Notes: generated by a model not told the origin, from the sequence alone. A stretch of DNA of 64,000 nucleotides from Elusimicrobiales bacterium (GCA_049972095.1 JBMFKQ010000001.1:28349-92348), one strand, 5' to 3'. Numbered from the stretch's first letter, positions 46,137-57,026 are shown. Program-made: numbers and translations.

Positions 46137-48236
46137 TTAAAGTAGTATCCTTCTTGAAAGTCTTGGCCTTCCTGCATCATCTATATCTATTACCTTAACA
46201 TCAACACTTTCACCAACCTTGAGAAGATCTTCAATCCTTTTTATCCTTCTATTGTCTATCTCTGATATATGAAGAAGTCCAATCTTGCCTGGAATGATCT
46301 CAACAAATGCACCAAAATCTCTTATCTCAACTATTTTACCTCTATATACCTTACCAACCTCTACATCCTCGGTAATGGTTTGTATTATACTTTTTGCTTT
46401 GTCAATTGATTTTTGATCACTTGCCGATATGAATGCATATCCATCATCACTTATCTCAATAGTGGCACCACTTTCCTCCATTATACCCTTTATAGTCTTT
46501 CCTCCGCTGCCTATAATAAGACCTATTTTTTCTTTTGCTATTGGCATCCTGCATATTTTCGGAGCAAACTCTGACACCTTCTCCCTTGGAGCTTTTATCT
46601 CCCTATCCATAAGATCAAGTATATAGTTTATTCCTCTTATTGCTTGTTCCATAGCTTTTTCAAGTATATCAAGAGGAATTCCACTTGCAAGCTTAACATC
46701 CATTTGAAACGCTGTTATTCCATTCCTTGTTCCAGCAAGTTTAAAGTCCATATCTCCAAAATGATCTTCAAGCCCTGCTATATCTGAAAGTATTGCATAA
46801 TCTCCTTTTTCAGATGTTATAAGCCCCATTGCAATTCCTGCGCATGCTGCTTTCATTGGCACACCTGCATCAAAAAGTGAAAGTGATCCACCACATACAG
46901 TTGCCATAGATGATGAGCCATTTGATTCAAGTATATCAGAAACAACTCTTATTGTGTATGGAAAATCTTCCTCTGATGGAATGAGGGGAAGAAGTGCTCT
47001 TTTAGCAAGATTACCATGACCTATCTCTCTTCTTGATGGCCCTTTGTCAGGTTTTATATCACCTGTTGAAAAGCCTGGAAAATTGTAATGAAGCATAAAT
47101 CTATCAAGTGTTTTTCCTTCAAGTTCATCAAGTATTTGCTGGTCTTCTTGAGTTCCAAGTGTCGTAGTAGCTATTGTTTGTGTTTCTCCTCTTGTAAAAA
47201 GGGCTGAGCCATGGGCTCTTGGCAGATAGCCAACCCTTATTGATATTTTTCTTATTTCATCAAATTTTCTTCCATCTATTCTTTGCTTTTTATTAAGAAC
47301 TATTTCTCTTGATATTTTATAGACAAGTTCATCTACAAGTGTTTTCACCTGATAACAAACCGTTGCGTCATCATTAAATATTTGAGAGAATTTATCTACA
47401 AGCCCTTCAATAATTGATGATATTTTATCATTTATCATTTTTTTTGTTGGTCTATTCTCAAGAAAACTTCTCAATTCATTTTCTATAAGTGATATTTCGT
47501 TTTTTATCTCCTCTCTTATAACAGGAACTTCAACTTTAAACTTCTCAACTTGTTTTTTAGATGCAATCTCAATCTGCATATCGCATAGTTTTTTTATCTC
47601 ATTTTTTGCAATTTTCATTGCATCTATAAGATCTGTATGAGGGACCTGTGATGCACCTCCCTCCACCATCAAGATATTTTCTTTTGTTCCTGCTACAACA
47701 AGCTCAAGTAAGGCATTTTTTCTTTCTTCAAATGTAGGATTTATAATAAAATTATCTTCAATTTTTGCAATCCTGATGGCACCAACAGGACCGTTAAATG
47801 GTATATCTGAAAGCATCAGACACATTGAAGCTGAATTTATGGAGAGAACATCGCAATCTACTTCTCCATCAGTTGATAGAACCATTGATACTACCTGGGT
47901 TTCTGTATTATAGTAATCCGGGAAAAGGGGTCTTATTGATCTATCTGTTAATCTAGCTGCAAGTATTTCTTTTTCTCTTGGCCTTCCTTCTCTTTTAAAG
48001 AATCCACCAGGAATCTTTCCAGCTGCATAGGTTCTTTCTTTGTATTCGACTGTAAGTGGCACAAACTCAGGAGGTTCTGTTCTTGGTTTTTTCGCAGCAA
48101 CACATGTGCTTAAAACCATATTATCACCTAACCTTATAATACAAGAGCCATTAGCTTGCTTTGCTATTAGTCCTGTTTCGAAGGAAATGATGTCTCTTCC
48201 TATTCTTCCTTCAATCTTTATAACTTCACTTTCCAT
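46137..48236 (-). CDS. pnp: Polyribonucleotide nucleotidyltransferase
   Basis: AAGKIPGGF.KREG, DRSIRPLF, SNGSSSMA, EDHFGDMDFK, KH and S1 domains. Confidence 0.98.
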   Translation of the reverse strand: MESEVIKIEGRIGRDIISFETGLIAKQANGSCIIRLGDNMVLSTCVAAKKPRTEPPEFVPLTVEYKERTYAAGKIPGGFFKREGRPREKEILAARLTDRSIRPLFPDYYNTETQVVSMVLSTDGEVDCDVLSINSASMCLMLSDIPFNGPVGAIRIAKIEDNFIINPTFEERKNALLELVVAGTKENILMVEGGASQVPHTDLIDAMKIAKNEIKKLCDMQIEIASKKQVEKFKVEVPVIREEIKNEISLIENELRSFLENRPTKKMINDKISSIIEGLVDKFSQIFNDDATVCYQVKTLVDELVYKISREIVLNKKQRIDGRKFDEIRKISIRVGYLPRAHGSALFTRGETQTIATTTLGTQEDQQILDELEGKTLDRFMLHYNFPGFSTGDIKPDKGPSRREIGHGNLAKRALLPLIPSEEDFPYTIRVVSDILESNGSSSMATVCGGSLSLFDAGVPMKAACAGIAMGLITSEKGDYAILSDIAGLEDHFGDMDFKLAGTRNGITAFQMDVKLASGIPLDILEKAMEQAIRGINYILDLMDREIKAPREKVSEFAPKICRMPIAKEKIGLIIGSGGKTIKGIMEESGATIEISDDGYAFISASDQKSIDKAKSIIQTITEDVEVGKVYRGKIVEIRDFGAFVEIIPGKIGLLHISEIDNRRIKRIEDLLKVGESVDVKVIDIDDAGRPRLSRRILL

Positions 48237-48240
48237 AGCT

Positions 48241-48510
48241 TCATTTTCTCAAACCAATCTCACGGCTTATCCTTGAGTATTCTTGGGGGTTATTTTTTTT
48301 AAGAAAGTTTATAAGACTTTTCCTTTTTGAAATCAATATTGAGAGAGTTCTTTTTGCACTGAAATCCTTTGGATTAGAGCTTATGTGATTCGATAGATAG
48401 TTTATCCTTTCAGTAAGAATTGCTATTTGAACAGCTGAATTACCACAGTCTTTTATGTTTTTAGCGAATCTCTCAATTATCTTTAACTTCTGTTCTTTTG
48501 TAATTGCCAT
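48241..48510 (-). CDS. rpsO: 30S ribosomal protein S15
   Basis: DCGNSAVQIAILTERI..L..H, C-terminal GLRK; start moved from 48606. Confidence 0.95.
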   Translation of the reverse strand: MAITKEQKLKIIERFAKNIKDCGNSAVQIAILTERINYLSNHISSNPKDFSAKRTLSILISKRKSLINFLKKNNPQEYSRISREIGLRK

Positions 48511-48667
48511 AATCATACCTCCAAATACAAAATTATTATAACAAAAAAACACAATCTTTAAAACATTCCGATAGTAGTATAGTGGATAATCTTGATAAAT
48601 AAACATTTGATAGTTTTTTTCTAAAAAAGGTAGTATAATTTATTGTTGGATATTTAGAGAAAAGTGT

Positions 48668-49840
48668 ATGAATAAAAAGATAATTATTTTTACATCAGCA
48701 GTGTTTTTAGTTTTTTTGGTATTGATTTTTGTAATACATAAGCTTTCTACTATTCGTTATGATAATATGATATTCAGAAGAAATTTCAGATTTGTTAGCG
48801 GCGTTTTCTCAAAAACGCTTGAGCATGAACTTATATCTGCAGGAGTCTCTTGCCAGGAGAGGTTCTTGATAATAAAGGCTTTTGATAGAAAATTGGATTT
48901 TAAAACGCTTTCTGAGAATGATAGATACACAATAACATTTTCAACATCAGGTTCATTTGTTTCAATAGATATAGATAGGGGTGATACTCTTTATTCTGTT
49001 TCAAAGAGCAGTGGTGGTTACATTTTTTCTAAAAGAAACTCTCCTATAATACTCAGCACTCAATCGGTTAGTTCTACTGTAAAAAACACTCTTTGGGATT
49101 CAATGGTAGATGCAGGGGTCCCTGCTGATGTTATCCTTTATTATGCTGATATATTTGCATGGGACATTGATTTTCTGACTGATGTTAGGGATGGTGATAG
49201 ATTTGAGGTGATTTATGAAACAAAGAAGAATCACACAGGAAGGGTTATTTCAAGAAGGGTTCTTGCAGGTTATTATAATGGAGCAGTTACCGGTCAGAAG
49301 ATTATGATTTTTTATAATGGGGATTATTATAATGAAGAGGGTGAGAGCTCAAAATCAATGTTTCTTAAAGCACCCCTTCAGTATAGAAGAATTTCATCAT
49401 TCTTTTCTTACAAAAGGTATCATCCTATTCTTAAGTATGTAAGACCACATCTTGGTATAGATTATGCTGCACCAATTGGTACTCCTGTTTCAAGCGTTGC
49501 TGATGGGATTGTTATATATAAGGGATGGAAAGCTGGATACGGGAATTTTGTTGAGATAAAACACGCAAACTCCTATTTCACATCCTATGGGCATCTTTCA
49601 AGATTTGCTAACTCCATATATGTTGGGAAAAAGGTAAGACAGGGTGATGTTATAGGGTATGTGGGTATGACTGGATTAGCGACAGGTCCTCATCTTGATT
49701 TTAGAATAAGACAAGGCATGAGATTTATAAATTATCTGAAAATGAAAAGAAGCTCAAATAAAAAACTTCCTCCATCTCAGGTAGCTGAGGTTAGAAAAAA
49801 AATCCTTGATTACTTTGGAAATTTGAACATTAAAATTTAA
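48668..49840 (+). CDS. M23 peptidoglycan DD-endopeptidase (MepM-like)
   Basis: N-terminal TM; W.IDF, RISS.F..R.HP, HLGIDY, YGHLS, GPHLDF. Confidence 0.92.
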   Translation: MNKKIIIFTSAVFLVFLVLIFVIHKLSTIRYDNMIFRRNFRFVSGVFSKTLEHELISAGVSCQERFLIIKAFDRKLDFKTLSENDRYTITFSTSGSFVSIDIDRGDTLYSVSKSSGGYIFSKRNSPIILSTQSVSSTVKNTLWDSMVDAGVPADVILYYADIFAWDIDFLTDVRDGDRFEVIYETKKNHTGRVISRRVLAGYYNGAVTGQKIMIFYNGDYYNEEGESSKSMFLKAPLQYRRISSFFSYKRYHPILKYVRPHLGIDYAAPIGTPVSSVADGIVIYKGWKAGYGNFVEIKHANSYFTSYGHLSRFANSIYVGKKVRQGDVIGYVGMTGLATGPHLDFRIRQGMRFINYLKMKRSSNKKLPPSQVAEVRKKILDYFGNLNIKI

Positions 49841-49900
49841 ATAAGGATTTTTATTTCCTTTGAGAATTTGAAAGTGGTAATCCCAGTTTATTATTAGGAT

Positions 49901-50434
49901 TCATATTATTTTAGAGATGGCTTTGTCAATCTCATCTTCATAGATTTTATCATACCCTGCCCAGAGCCTATTAAGTGTATGGTCTTTGTTTAGAAGATAT
50001 ACAAAAGGAACACCAGATATACCATATCTTCTTGCAACATCCCTTCCATTGTAAGCAACCTTAAACTTTAAATTAAAATCAGCTGCAAACTCTTTTGCAC
50101 TTTCAATATCTGGTTTTACTGATATAGCAACCACCTCAAGCCCTTTTGATGAGTATTTTTCATATATTGCTTCTATGAATGGAGCAGCTTTTCTACAGTA
50201 AGGGCAGTTTTCTGTAAAGAACATGACAAGAACAGCTTTCCCTCTAAGATCCTTGAGATCAACCTCATCTCCTGTATAGAGGGGAAGCTTGAAATAAAAA
50301 TCTGTTTCTATATAGTCATTATCCTGAATCTGGGTAGTTGCTTTATTTTGTTGGTTTATTTTTTGAGTGTCACTTTTTTTTGAGCATGATAATGTAGTTG
50401 CCAGTGCTATTACAACTATGAAGACATTTTTCAT
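49901..50434 (-). CDS. TlpA/ResA-like thiol-disulfide oxidoreductase lipoprotein
   Basis: Lipobox TLSC; CPYC; YGISGVP. Confidence 0.88.
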   Translation of the reverse strand: MKNVFIVVIALATTLSCSKKSDTQKINQQNKATTQIQDNDYIETDFYFKLPLYTGDEVDLKDLRGKAVLVMFFTENCPYCRKAAPFIEAIYEKYSSKGLEVVAISVKPDIESAKEFAADFNLKFKVAYNGRDVARRYGISGVPFVYLLNKDHTLNRLWAGYDKIYEDEIDKAISKII

Positions 50435-50454
50435 ACTTCTCCTCCTTATCCCTT

Positions 50455-51654
50455 CTATTTTAACATTTTATACAAGTGCCATAGAGCAGTATTAACTGCT
50501 GCTTTTTTAATATAATCTCTGCTGCGATTGGAAAAGATTTTTTTTGTTAGCTTAATTTTATCACCATATACGCTGCATATAAAAACTGTTCCAACAGGTT
50601 TTTGCTGACTTCCTCCTCCAGGACCTGCTATACCACTTATTGATAAAGCACAGTCAGTGCTAAAAATCTTTTTAACATTCAAAGCCATTTCTCTTACTGT
50701 CTGTTCAGAGACAGCGCCGTACTTTGTAATTGTTGATTTTCTAACTCCAAGAATCTTTATTTTTATCTCGTTTGAATAAGCGTTTATTCCTCCTTTATAG
50801 TATGTTGAACTTCCTGGCACATCAGTTATTGTTGATCCAAGAAGTCCGCCAGTACATGACTCGGCTGTTGATATTGTTAGTCTTTTTTTCTTAAGCAACT
50901 CGCCAACCTTTTCTTCAAGGGTTTGTGAGTCACAACTGAAGATAAACTCGCATGCAATTTTATGGATCTTTTTTTCTGCTTCTATAAGCTCTCTCTTGCT
51001 TTCTGATGTTATTGACAACTCACATATATTTGGACCTGCAAGAACTGTAGTTTGAAGCGAGGAGTATTCTTTTATATTTGGCATAATTAGGTTTTCAACC
51101 TCAGTCTCTCTTAAATCAGCAAACCTGAATCTCTTGAAAAAAATCTTTCTTCTACTTTTTAAAAACCTTTCTACATCATTCCACATTGGCTCCCATTCAT
51201 TCCTCGGACCAGGAAGAAGTATGTATATCTTTTTTCCTTTTCTTATGACCTGGCCAAAAGCTGTGCCATTTCTATTTTCTATGAGCTTAGCGTTTTTGAT
51301 GATAAGGCACTGATTTTTAAGATTTTGTTTGGTGTGAAAATCAGGATATCTTGATGATAAAAATTTCTCTATTTTGGTAGAGTATATCAGAGGGGTGTTA
51401 AGAAACTCTGAAACTGCTTGTCTTGTAAGATCATCAAAGGTTGGACCAAGCCCTCCACACACTATGATTATATGAGCTTCTTTTGATGCAAAAACTAAAG
51501 CATTTTTTATTGATTTTTTATCATCTAAAGCACTAATCTCACCTGAGAGAATTATCCCATTTTCTCTAAGTCTTGAAGCAAAAAGAGGAGAATAAGTGTT
51601 TGATTTAAAATTTAAAAGCTCACTTCCAACTGCTATAAGAAAAGCCTTTTTCAT
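50455..51654 (-). CDS. cinA: CinA (MoCF domain plus PncC NMN deamidase)
   Basis: GSELL, GGLGPTFDDLT, NGTA, LPGP; TAESCTGG, YSN, GAVS, SGIAGP. Confidence 0.93.
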   Translation of the reverse strand: MKKAFLIAVGSELLNFKSNTYSPLFASRLRENGIILSGEISALDDKKSIKNALVFASKEAHIIIVCGGLGPTFDDLTRQAVSEFLNTPLIYSTKIEKFLSSRYPDFHTKQNLKNQCLIIKNAKLIENRNGTAFGQVIRKGKKIYILLPGPRNEWEPMWNDVERFLKSRRKIFFKRFRFADLRETEVENLIMPNIKEYSSLQTTVLAGPNICELSITSESKRELIEAEKKIHKIACEFIFSCDSQTLEEKVGELLKKKRLTISTAESCTGGLLGSTITDVPGSSTYYKGGINAYSNEIKIKILGVRKSTITKYGAVSEQTVREMALNVKKIFSTDCALSISGIAGPGGGSQQKPVGTVFICSVYGDKIKLTKKIFSNRSRDYIKKAAVNTALWHLYKMLK

Positions 51655-51753
51655 AATTTTATTTTACCATTTTTGTAAAATTTGTATGTGGAATTTTCTT
51701 CCATATTTTTACAGCATCTTTGTCAAGTTTTTTGATAAAATTGGATTAGTAAT

Positions 51754-53394
51754 ATGAAGACGAAGTTAGCAGAAAAAAATTTAAATAGATATTTTATTAT
51801 TTTGTTTATTGTTGTGGGTTTTATCCTGTATGCTAATAGTTTCCAAAATCAAATGTTTTGGGACGATGACGATTTTATTCTTAAAAATAGATTTATCAAA
51901 GATTGGCGCTATCTTCCAAAATATTTTTCTGAAAACATTATTGCCGGCTCTGGTCTTTTAAGTGATTACTGGAGACCAATGCTTCTTATCATCTTCTGTT
52001 TAGAATGGCACCTTTGGAAGGATTGGTCTTTCGGCTACCATTTTGTTAATACCTCATTTCATATTATTAATAGTATTCTTTTGCTCTTTATCCTTTTTTA
52101 TATCTTTAAAAATCGCACCTTAGCTATTTTTACTGCTTTGGTGTTTTTAACTCATCCACTTCAAACTGAAGCAGTTACATATGTTTCCGGGTTAGGAGAT
52201 CCTCTTTCAGTGTTTTTTATATTTCTTGGGATTTTGTTTTATCTCAAATTTAGAACCTCTCAAAAATCCTCACTAAAAAGTAATTTCTACTGCTTATCGC
52301 TTATAATGTATATTTTTGCTTTGATGTCTAAGGAGAGCGCTATTATAATGCCGGCACTTATTTTTATTGCCGATTTTTTATTTTTGACTTTTAAAAAGAA
52401 GTTAAAATCTATTAGAAAAGCAATCTTACCATTTCTTATAATAGCTGGTCTTTATATTTTACTACGAGCCACAGTTTTAAATTTTAAAAATACCTTTAAT
52501 CTTTATAATGAAGAAAATATTTTTACCTCAAACTTTCACATTCGCCTTTTTACTTTTTTTAGGGTTTTGACTGTTTATTTTAGACTTCTTTTCTTGCCTT
52601 TTGATCTTCATATGGAGAGGAGTGTGGAGATTGCAACCTCTTTAAACTCTTTTTCGGTGATTTTCGGAGGCTTACTCTTTTTCGGTTTACTTGCTGTGGC
52701 TTTCACACAGTTTAGAGCTTTTCCAACTCTCAGCTTTGGAATATTTTGGTTTTTTATTGGATTAGCGCCAACTTCAAATTTAGTTGTACCAATAAGTGGT
52801 TTACTCTATGAACACTGGCTTTATTTGCCTTTGGTTGGGATTTTTCTGATATTGTTTTGGTTAGGAGAAATTATAGCTCAAAAATATGGGATAGAGAAAA
52901 TTTTATTCGCTCTTTCAATAATTTTTTTAACCTTTCTTTCTGTTTTAACGGTAAATAGAAATAAAGATTGGAGTAATCCGATTACTTTCTACACTCAGAC
53001 ACTAAAATATGCTCCAAAAAGCTATCGTATAATTAACAATCTTGGAATGGCTTATGCTGATAGGGGAGAGCATCAAAAAGCCCAGGAGTTTTATAGAAAA
53101 GCAATCGCATTAGATCCTTCAAATCCGGTTGCCTATCATAATTTGGCTAATACCTATAAGGCAATAGGCAAGAAAGATTTAGCTATTGAAAATTTTAAGA
53201 TAGCAATCTCCCTAAATCCAAGGTTTTTCTTTTCATATAATGCTTTATTAAGCCTTTATTTGGAGGAAAGGAATTACCAAGAAGCAAAAAAAATAGTTGA
53301 AAAATACCTTGAAATAGATCCGCAGAATCAAAGTATTAAACCATACATTAATTATCTGGAAGGTTTAATTGAATCTGAAAAGCGAAAAAGATAA
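51754..53394 (+). CDS. TMTC-like GT-C glycosyltransferase with C-terminal TPRs
   Basis: YANS...FWDD, YWRP, YH.VN..H, HPLQTEAV, SKE, YEH.LYLP, then TPR repeats. Confidence 0.8.
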   Translation: MKTKLAEKNLNRYFIILFIVVGFILYANSFQNQMFWDDDDFILKNRFIKDWRYLPKYFSENIIAGSGLLSDYWRPMLLIIFCLEWHLWKDWSFGYHFVNTSFHIINSILLLFILFYIFKNRTLAIFTALVFLTHPLQTEAVTYVSGLGDPLSVFFIFLGILFYLKFRTSQKSSLKSNFYCLSLIMYIFALMSKESAIIMPALIFIADFLFLTFKKKLKSIRKAILPFLIIAGLYILLRATVLNFKNTFNLYNEENIFTSNFHIRLFTFFRVLTVYFRLLFLPFDLHMERSVEIATSLNSFSVIFGGLLFFGLLAVAFTQFRAFPTLSFGIFWFFIGLAPTSNLVVPISGLLYEHWLYLPLVGIFLILFWLGEIIAQKYGIEKILFALSIIFLTFLSVLTVNRNKDWSNPITFYTQTLKYAPKSYRIINNLGMAYADRGEHQKAQEFYRKAIALDPSNPVAYHNLANTYKAIGKKDLAIENFKIAISLNPRFFFSYNALLSLYLEERNYQEAKKIVEKYLEIDPQNQSIKPYINYLEGLIESEKRKR

Positions 53395-53496
53395 GGAAAA
53401 AGATGAATTTAATTTTTAAGTTGATTTGCAAATGTTTTGGTTTAGAAAATTAGCATTGCCTTTTAAGGTATAAGACTAACTATAAATGTAAAAAAA

Positions 53497-53505
53497 TGAT
53501 ATAAT
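53497..53505 (+). promoter_or_regulatory. Extended -10 promoter of ppdK
   Basis: TG-A-TATAAT; RBS AAGGAGGA. Confidence 0.6.
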
Positions 53506-53539
53506 TTAGTTATAAGCTTTATATCAAGGAGGATTAGTT

Positions 53540-56329
53540 ATGAAAATGAGCACAAAATCAAAAAGCTCAAATAAAACAAATATTAAACTTCCAAAGAAGC
53601 TTATTTATTTTTTTGGGGGTGGTAAAGCAGAAGGCAATGAGTCAATGAAGAACATACTTGGTGGTAAGGGTGCAAATCTTGCTGAGATGGCCGGACATCC
53701 TGATTTAAGACTTCCAGTTCCACCGGGTTTTACAATAGTAACAGATGTTTGCACATATTACTGGGCGAATAATAGAAGCTATCCAGCTGGGCTTAAAGAA
53801 GAGGTTGAGAAGTATTTGAAGAAGGTTGAAGAAATCACGGGTAAAAAGTTTGGTGATCCAAAAAATCCACTTCTTGTCTCAGTAAGATCCGGTGCAAGAA
53901 AGTCAATGCCCGGAATGATGGAAACTATTCTTAATGTTGGGCTTACAACAAAAACAATACCAGGATTGATTGAACTAACAAATAATCCAAGGTTTGTATG
54001 GGATGCATATAGAAGGCTTATAATGATGTATGCAGATGTTGTTATGGAAAAAGCTCAAGGGATAGAACCAAAGGATGGGATGGGTATAAGAAAACAACTT
54101 GATATGATGATGGAGGAGGTTAAGAAGAGAAAGGGTGTTGAAAATGATACTGATCTTAATGCAAAAGACCTTGAGGAGCTTTCATATAAATTTAGAGAAA
54201 AGGTTAAAGAGGTTTTGGGAAAAGAATTTCCTGACGATCATATGAAACAACTATGGGGAGCAATAGGTGCAGTTTTTGCTTCATGGAATGGAAAAAGGGC
54301 GGTTGCTTACAGAAGGATTGAGGGAATTCCTGATGATTGGGGAACTGCTGTTAATGTTCAGGCGATGGTTTTTGGAAATATGGGAGATGACTCAGCTACG
54401 GGTGTTGCATTTACAAGAAATCCAGCTACAGGTGAAAACAAGTTCTATGGAGAATTTCTTCCCAATGCTCAAGGTGAGGATGTTGTTGCAGGGATAAGAA
54501 CACCAAATCCAATAAATGAGGATAGTAAAAATGAGCATTCAAAGCATCTTCCTACACTTGAACAGTTAATGCCGGAAATTTATAAACAACTCCTTGATAT
54601 AAGGCAAAGGCTTGAGAAGCACTACAGAGATATGCTTGATATTGAGTTTACAATAGAAAAAGGCAAACTCTATATGCTTCAATGTAGAGTCGGAAAAAGA
54701 AATGGAACAAGTGCAGTTAAGATAGCTCTTGATATGTATAAAGAAAGGCTTATAACTAAGGAAGAAGCTATTATGAGAGTCACTCCATCCCAGCTTGATG
54801 AGTTACTACATCCACTTATAGATCCAGCAGACGAGAAAAATAATAAGCCTATTGCAAAAGGACTTCCTGCTGGGCCTGGAGGTGCTGTTGGAAGGATAGT
54901 TTTTACTGCCCAGGATGCTGTGGAATGGACGAAGAAGGGTGAAAAGGTGGTGCTTGTTAGAGAAGAAACAAACCCTGAAGATATAGAAGGGATGAGAGCA
55001 GCAGTTGCAATTCTTACTGCGAGGGGTGGTATGACATCACATGCTGCACTTGTTGCAAGAGGTTGGGGCAAGTGTTGTGTTGTTGGTGCTGAGGCAATAA
55101 ATATAGATCTTAAGAATAAAACAATGAGTGTTGGTGGCAAGGTATATAAAGAGGGTGATTGGATAACTGTTAATGGAACAAAGGGGTTGGTTTATGAAGG
55201 AAAACTTAAAATGCTTGATGCGGCAAGCTCCAACAAAATGCTTATGGATTTTCTTGCTCTTGCAAACAAGATAAGAAAACTTGGTGTTAGAACAAATGCA
55301 GATACTCCTTCTGATGCAGCAAGAGCAAGAGAATTTGGAGCTGAAGGAATTGGGCTTTTTAGGATAGAACATATGTTCTACGGAGAAGGAAGTGATGAGG
55401 CACTTTTCAAGCTAAGGAAAATGATAGTTTCAAAAACACAGCAGGAAAGGGTTAACGCCCTTAATGAACTTTTCCCGTATATGAAGGAGGATATAAAGAG
55501 CACACTTAGAATTATGCACGGCCTTGCTGTAACTATAAGGCTTATAGATCCACCTCTACACGAGTTTGTTCCGCATGATGAGCAAAAACTAAAAGCTTTA
55601 GCAAAGGATCTTGGAATATCATATGAGGAGCTTAATGCAAGGGCTGAGTCGCTTAGAGAAGCAAATCCGATGATGGGACACAGAGGAGTGAGGCTTGGGA
55701 TAACATATCCTGAAATAACTGAGATGCAGGTAAGAGCAATATTTGAGGCAGCATGTGAGCTTGCAAAAGAGGGTATAAAGACATATCCTGAGATAATGAT
55801 ACCTGTTGTCTCTCATGAAAAGGAGGTTGAGTTTGTTCTACCTATAATAAAAAGAGTTTATGAAGAGGTTATTAAAAAGCATGGTATAAAGAAGATAGAT
55901 TATAAGGTAGGAACAATGATAGAGATTCCAAGAGCATGCCTTGTTGCAGATAAACTTGCACGAACTATGGAGTTTTTTTCCTTTGGAACAAATGACTTAA
56001 CACAGATGGGCTTTGGTTTCTCAAGGGATGACTCAGGTGTATTTATTAAAGACTACATAGAAAAGAAAATTCTATCTGAGGATCCTTTCCAAACTATAGA
56101 GCAGGAAGGTATAGGTGAGCTTATAAGGATAACAGTTGAAAGAGGAAAGAAGGTAAACAAAAATCTCAAGATAGGTATTTGTGGAGAGCAAGGTGGGGAC
56201 CCGAAGTCTGTTGAGTTCTGCCACAATGTTGGACTTGATTATGTTTCATGTTCTCCGTTCAGGGTTCCTATAGCGATACTTGCTGCAGCTCAGGCAAGTG
56301 TTAAGTCTAATAAGTCTAAGAAGAAATAA
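53540..56329 (+). CDS. ppdK: Pyruvate, phosphate dikinase
   Basis: GGKGANLAEM, SVRSGA, GGMTSHAA phospho-His, FSFGTNDLTQ, GICGE. Confidence 0.98.
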   Translation: MKMSTKSKSSNKTNIKLPKKLIYFFGGGKAEGNESMKNILGGKGANLAEMAGHPDLRLPVPPGFTIVTDVCTYYWANNRSYPAGLKEEVEKYLKKVEEITGKKFGDPKNPLLVSVRSGARKSMPGMMETILNVGLTTKTIPGLIELTNNPRFVWDAYRRLIMMYADVVMEKAQGIEPKDGMGIRKQLDMMMEEVKKRKGVENDTDLNAKDLEELSYKFREKVKEVLGKEFPDDHMKQLWGAIGAVFASWNGKRAVAYRRIEGIPDDWGTAVNVQAMVFGNMGDDSATGVAFTRNPATGENKFYGEFLPNAQGEDVVAGIRTPNPINEDSKNEHSKHLPTLEQLMPEIYKQLLDIRQRLEKHYRDMLDIEFTIEKGKLYMLQCRVGKRNGTSAVKIALDMYKERLITKEEAIMRVTPSQLDELLHPLIDPADEKNNKPIAKGLPAGPGGAVGRIVFTAQDAVEWTKKGEKVVLVREETNPEDIEGMRAAVAILTARGGMTSHAALVARGWGKCCVVGAEAINIDLKNKTMSVGGKVYKEGDWITVNGTKGLVYEGKLKMLDAASSNKMLMDFLALANKIRKLGVRTNADTPSDAARAREFGAEGIGLFRIEHMFYGEGSDEALFKLRKMIVSKTQQERVNALNELFPYMKEDIKSTLRIMHGLAVTIRLIDPPLHEFVPHDEQKLKALAKDLGISYEELNARAESLREANPMMGHRGVRLGITYPEITEMQVRAIFEAACELAKEGIKTYPEIMIPVVSHEKEVEFVLPIIKRVYEEVIKKHGIKKIDYKVGTMIEIPRACLVADKLARTMEFFSFGTNDLTQMGFGFSRDDSGVFIKDYIEKKILSEDPFQTIEQEGIGELIRITVERGKKVNKNLKIGICGEQGGDPKSVEFCHNVGLDYVSCSPFRVPIAILAAAQASVKSNKSKKK

Positions 56330-56358
56330 ATGTGTAAATCGTATATCTTGAATAAAAT

Positions 56359-56382
56359 CCCCTCGCTATAGAAAGTGAGGGG
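56359..56382 (+). promoter_or_regulatory. GC-rich hairpin between ppdK and gmk
   Basis: CCCCTCGCT-ATAGAA-AGTGAGGGG; no U-tract on the plus strand. Confidence 0.55.
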
Positions 56383-56393
56383 TATATAAGTTT

Positions 56394-57026
56394 ATGAAAC
56401 TGGATATTTTTTTCCCCCTTGTCATTTCATCTCCAAGCGGTGGTGGTAAAACTACAGTTAAAAACATGCTTGTGAATCGCTATGACATTTTTGAGTTCAG
56501 TATAACATGCACAACAAGGGCTTTGAGAGATGGAGAAAAAAACGGCGTTGATTATTATTTTTTAAGTGATGATGAGTTTGATAGGAGAATAAAATCAGGA
56601 GAATTTCTCGAATGGGCTTTGGTTCATGGGAAGAAGTATGGAAGCTTAAGAAAAACTGTTAATGATATATTATTAAGAAAACATATTCCTGTTATGACTG
56701 TGGATGTTGTTGGAGCGATGAATATTAAGAAAGAAATTCCCACCTCGCTTCTTTTATTCATACTTCCCCCTGATTTTGAGACAATGATAAAAAGATTGAA
56801 GTTAAGAGGTGAAAGTGATGAAGAGATAAGAAAAAGAATGAAGACAGCACTAACTGAAATTGATTATGCTTCTAAATTTGATTTTGTAATCATAAATGAC
56901 AAAATAGAGGATACTCTTTCATCAATCATTGATGCTGTTAAATCACATTCAAATAGGTTTTCTTTTAGGAGTGAGGTAGTCTATGATATTAAAAGATCAA
57001 TAGAAAATTATCTTCAAGGAGGATAG
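56394..57026 (+). CDS. gmk: Guanylate kinase
   Basis: SPSGGGKTT, TTR..R.GE..GVDYYF, FLEWA.VHG..YG. Confidence 0.96.
   Translation: MKLDIFFPLVISSPSGGGKTTVKNMLVNRYDIFEFSITCTTRALRDGEKNGVDYYFLSDDEFDRRIKSGEFLEWALVHGKKYGSLRKTVNDILLRKHIPVMTVDVVGAMNIKKEIPTSLLLFILPPDFETMIKRLKLRGESDEEIRKRMKTALTEIDYASKFDFVIINDKIEDTLSSIIDAVKSHSNRFSFRSEVVYDIKRSIENYLQGG

Noticed and set aside
54267..55816. ORFs nested in ppdK, including the 153-aa antisense frame
   Set aside because: Explained by codon bias of the sense gene; no independent support
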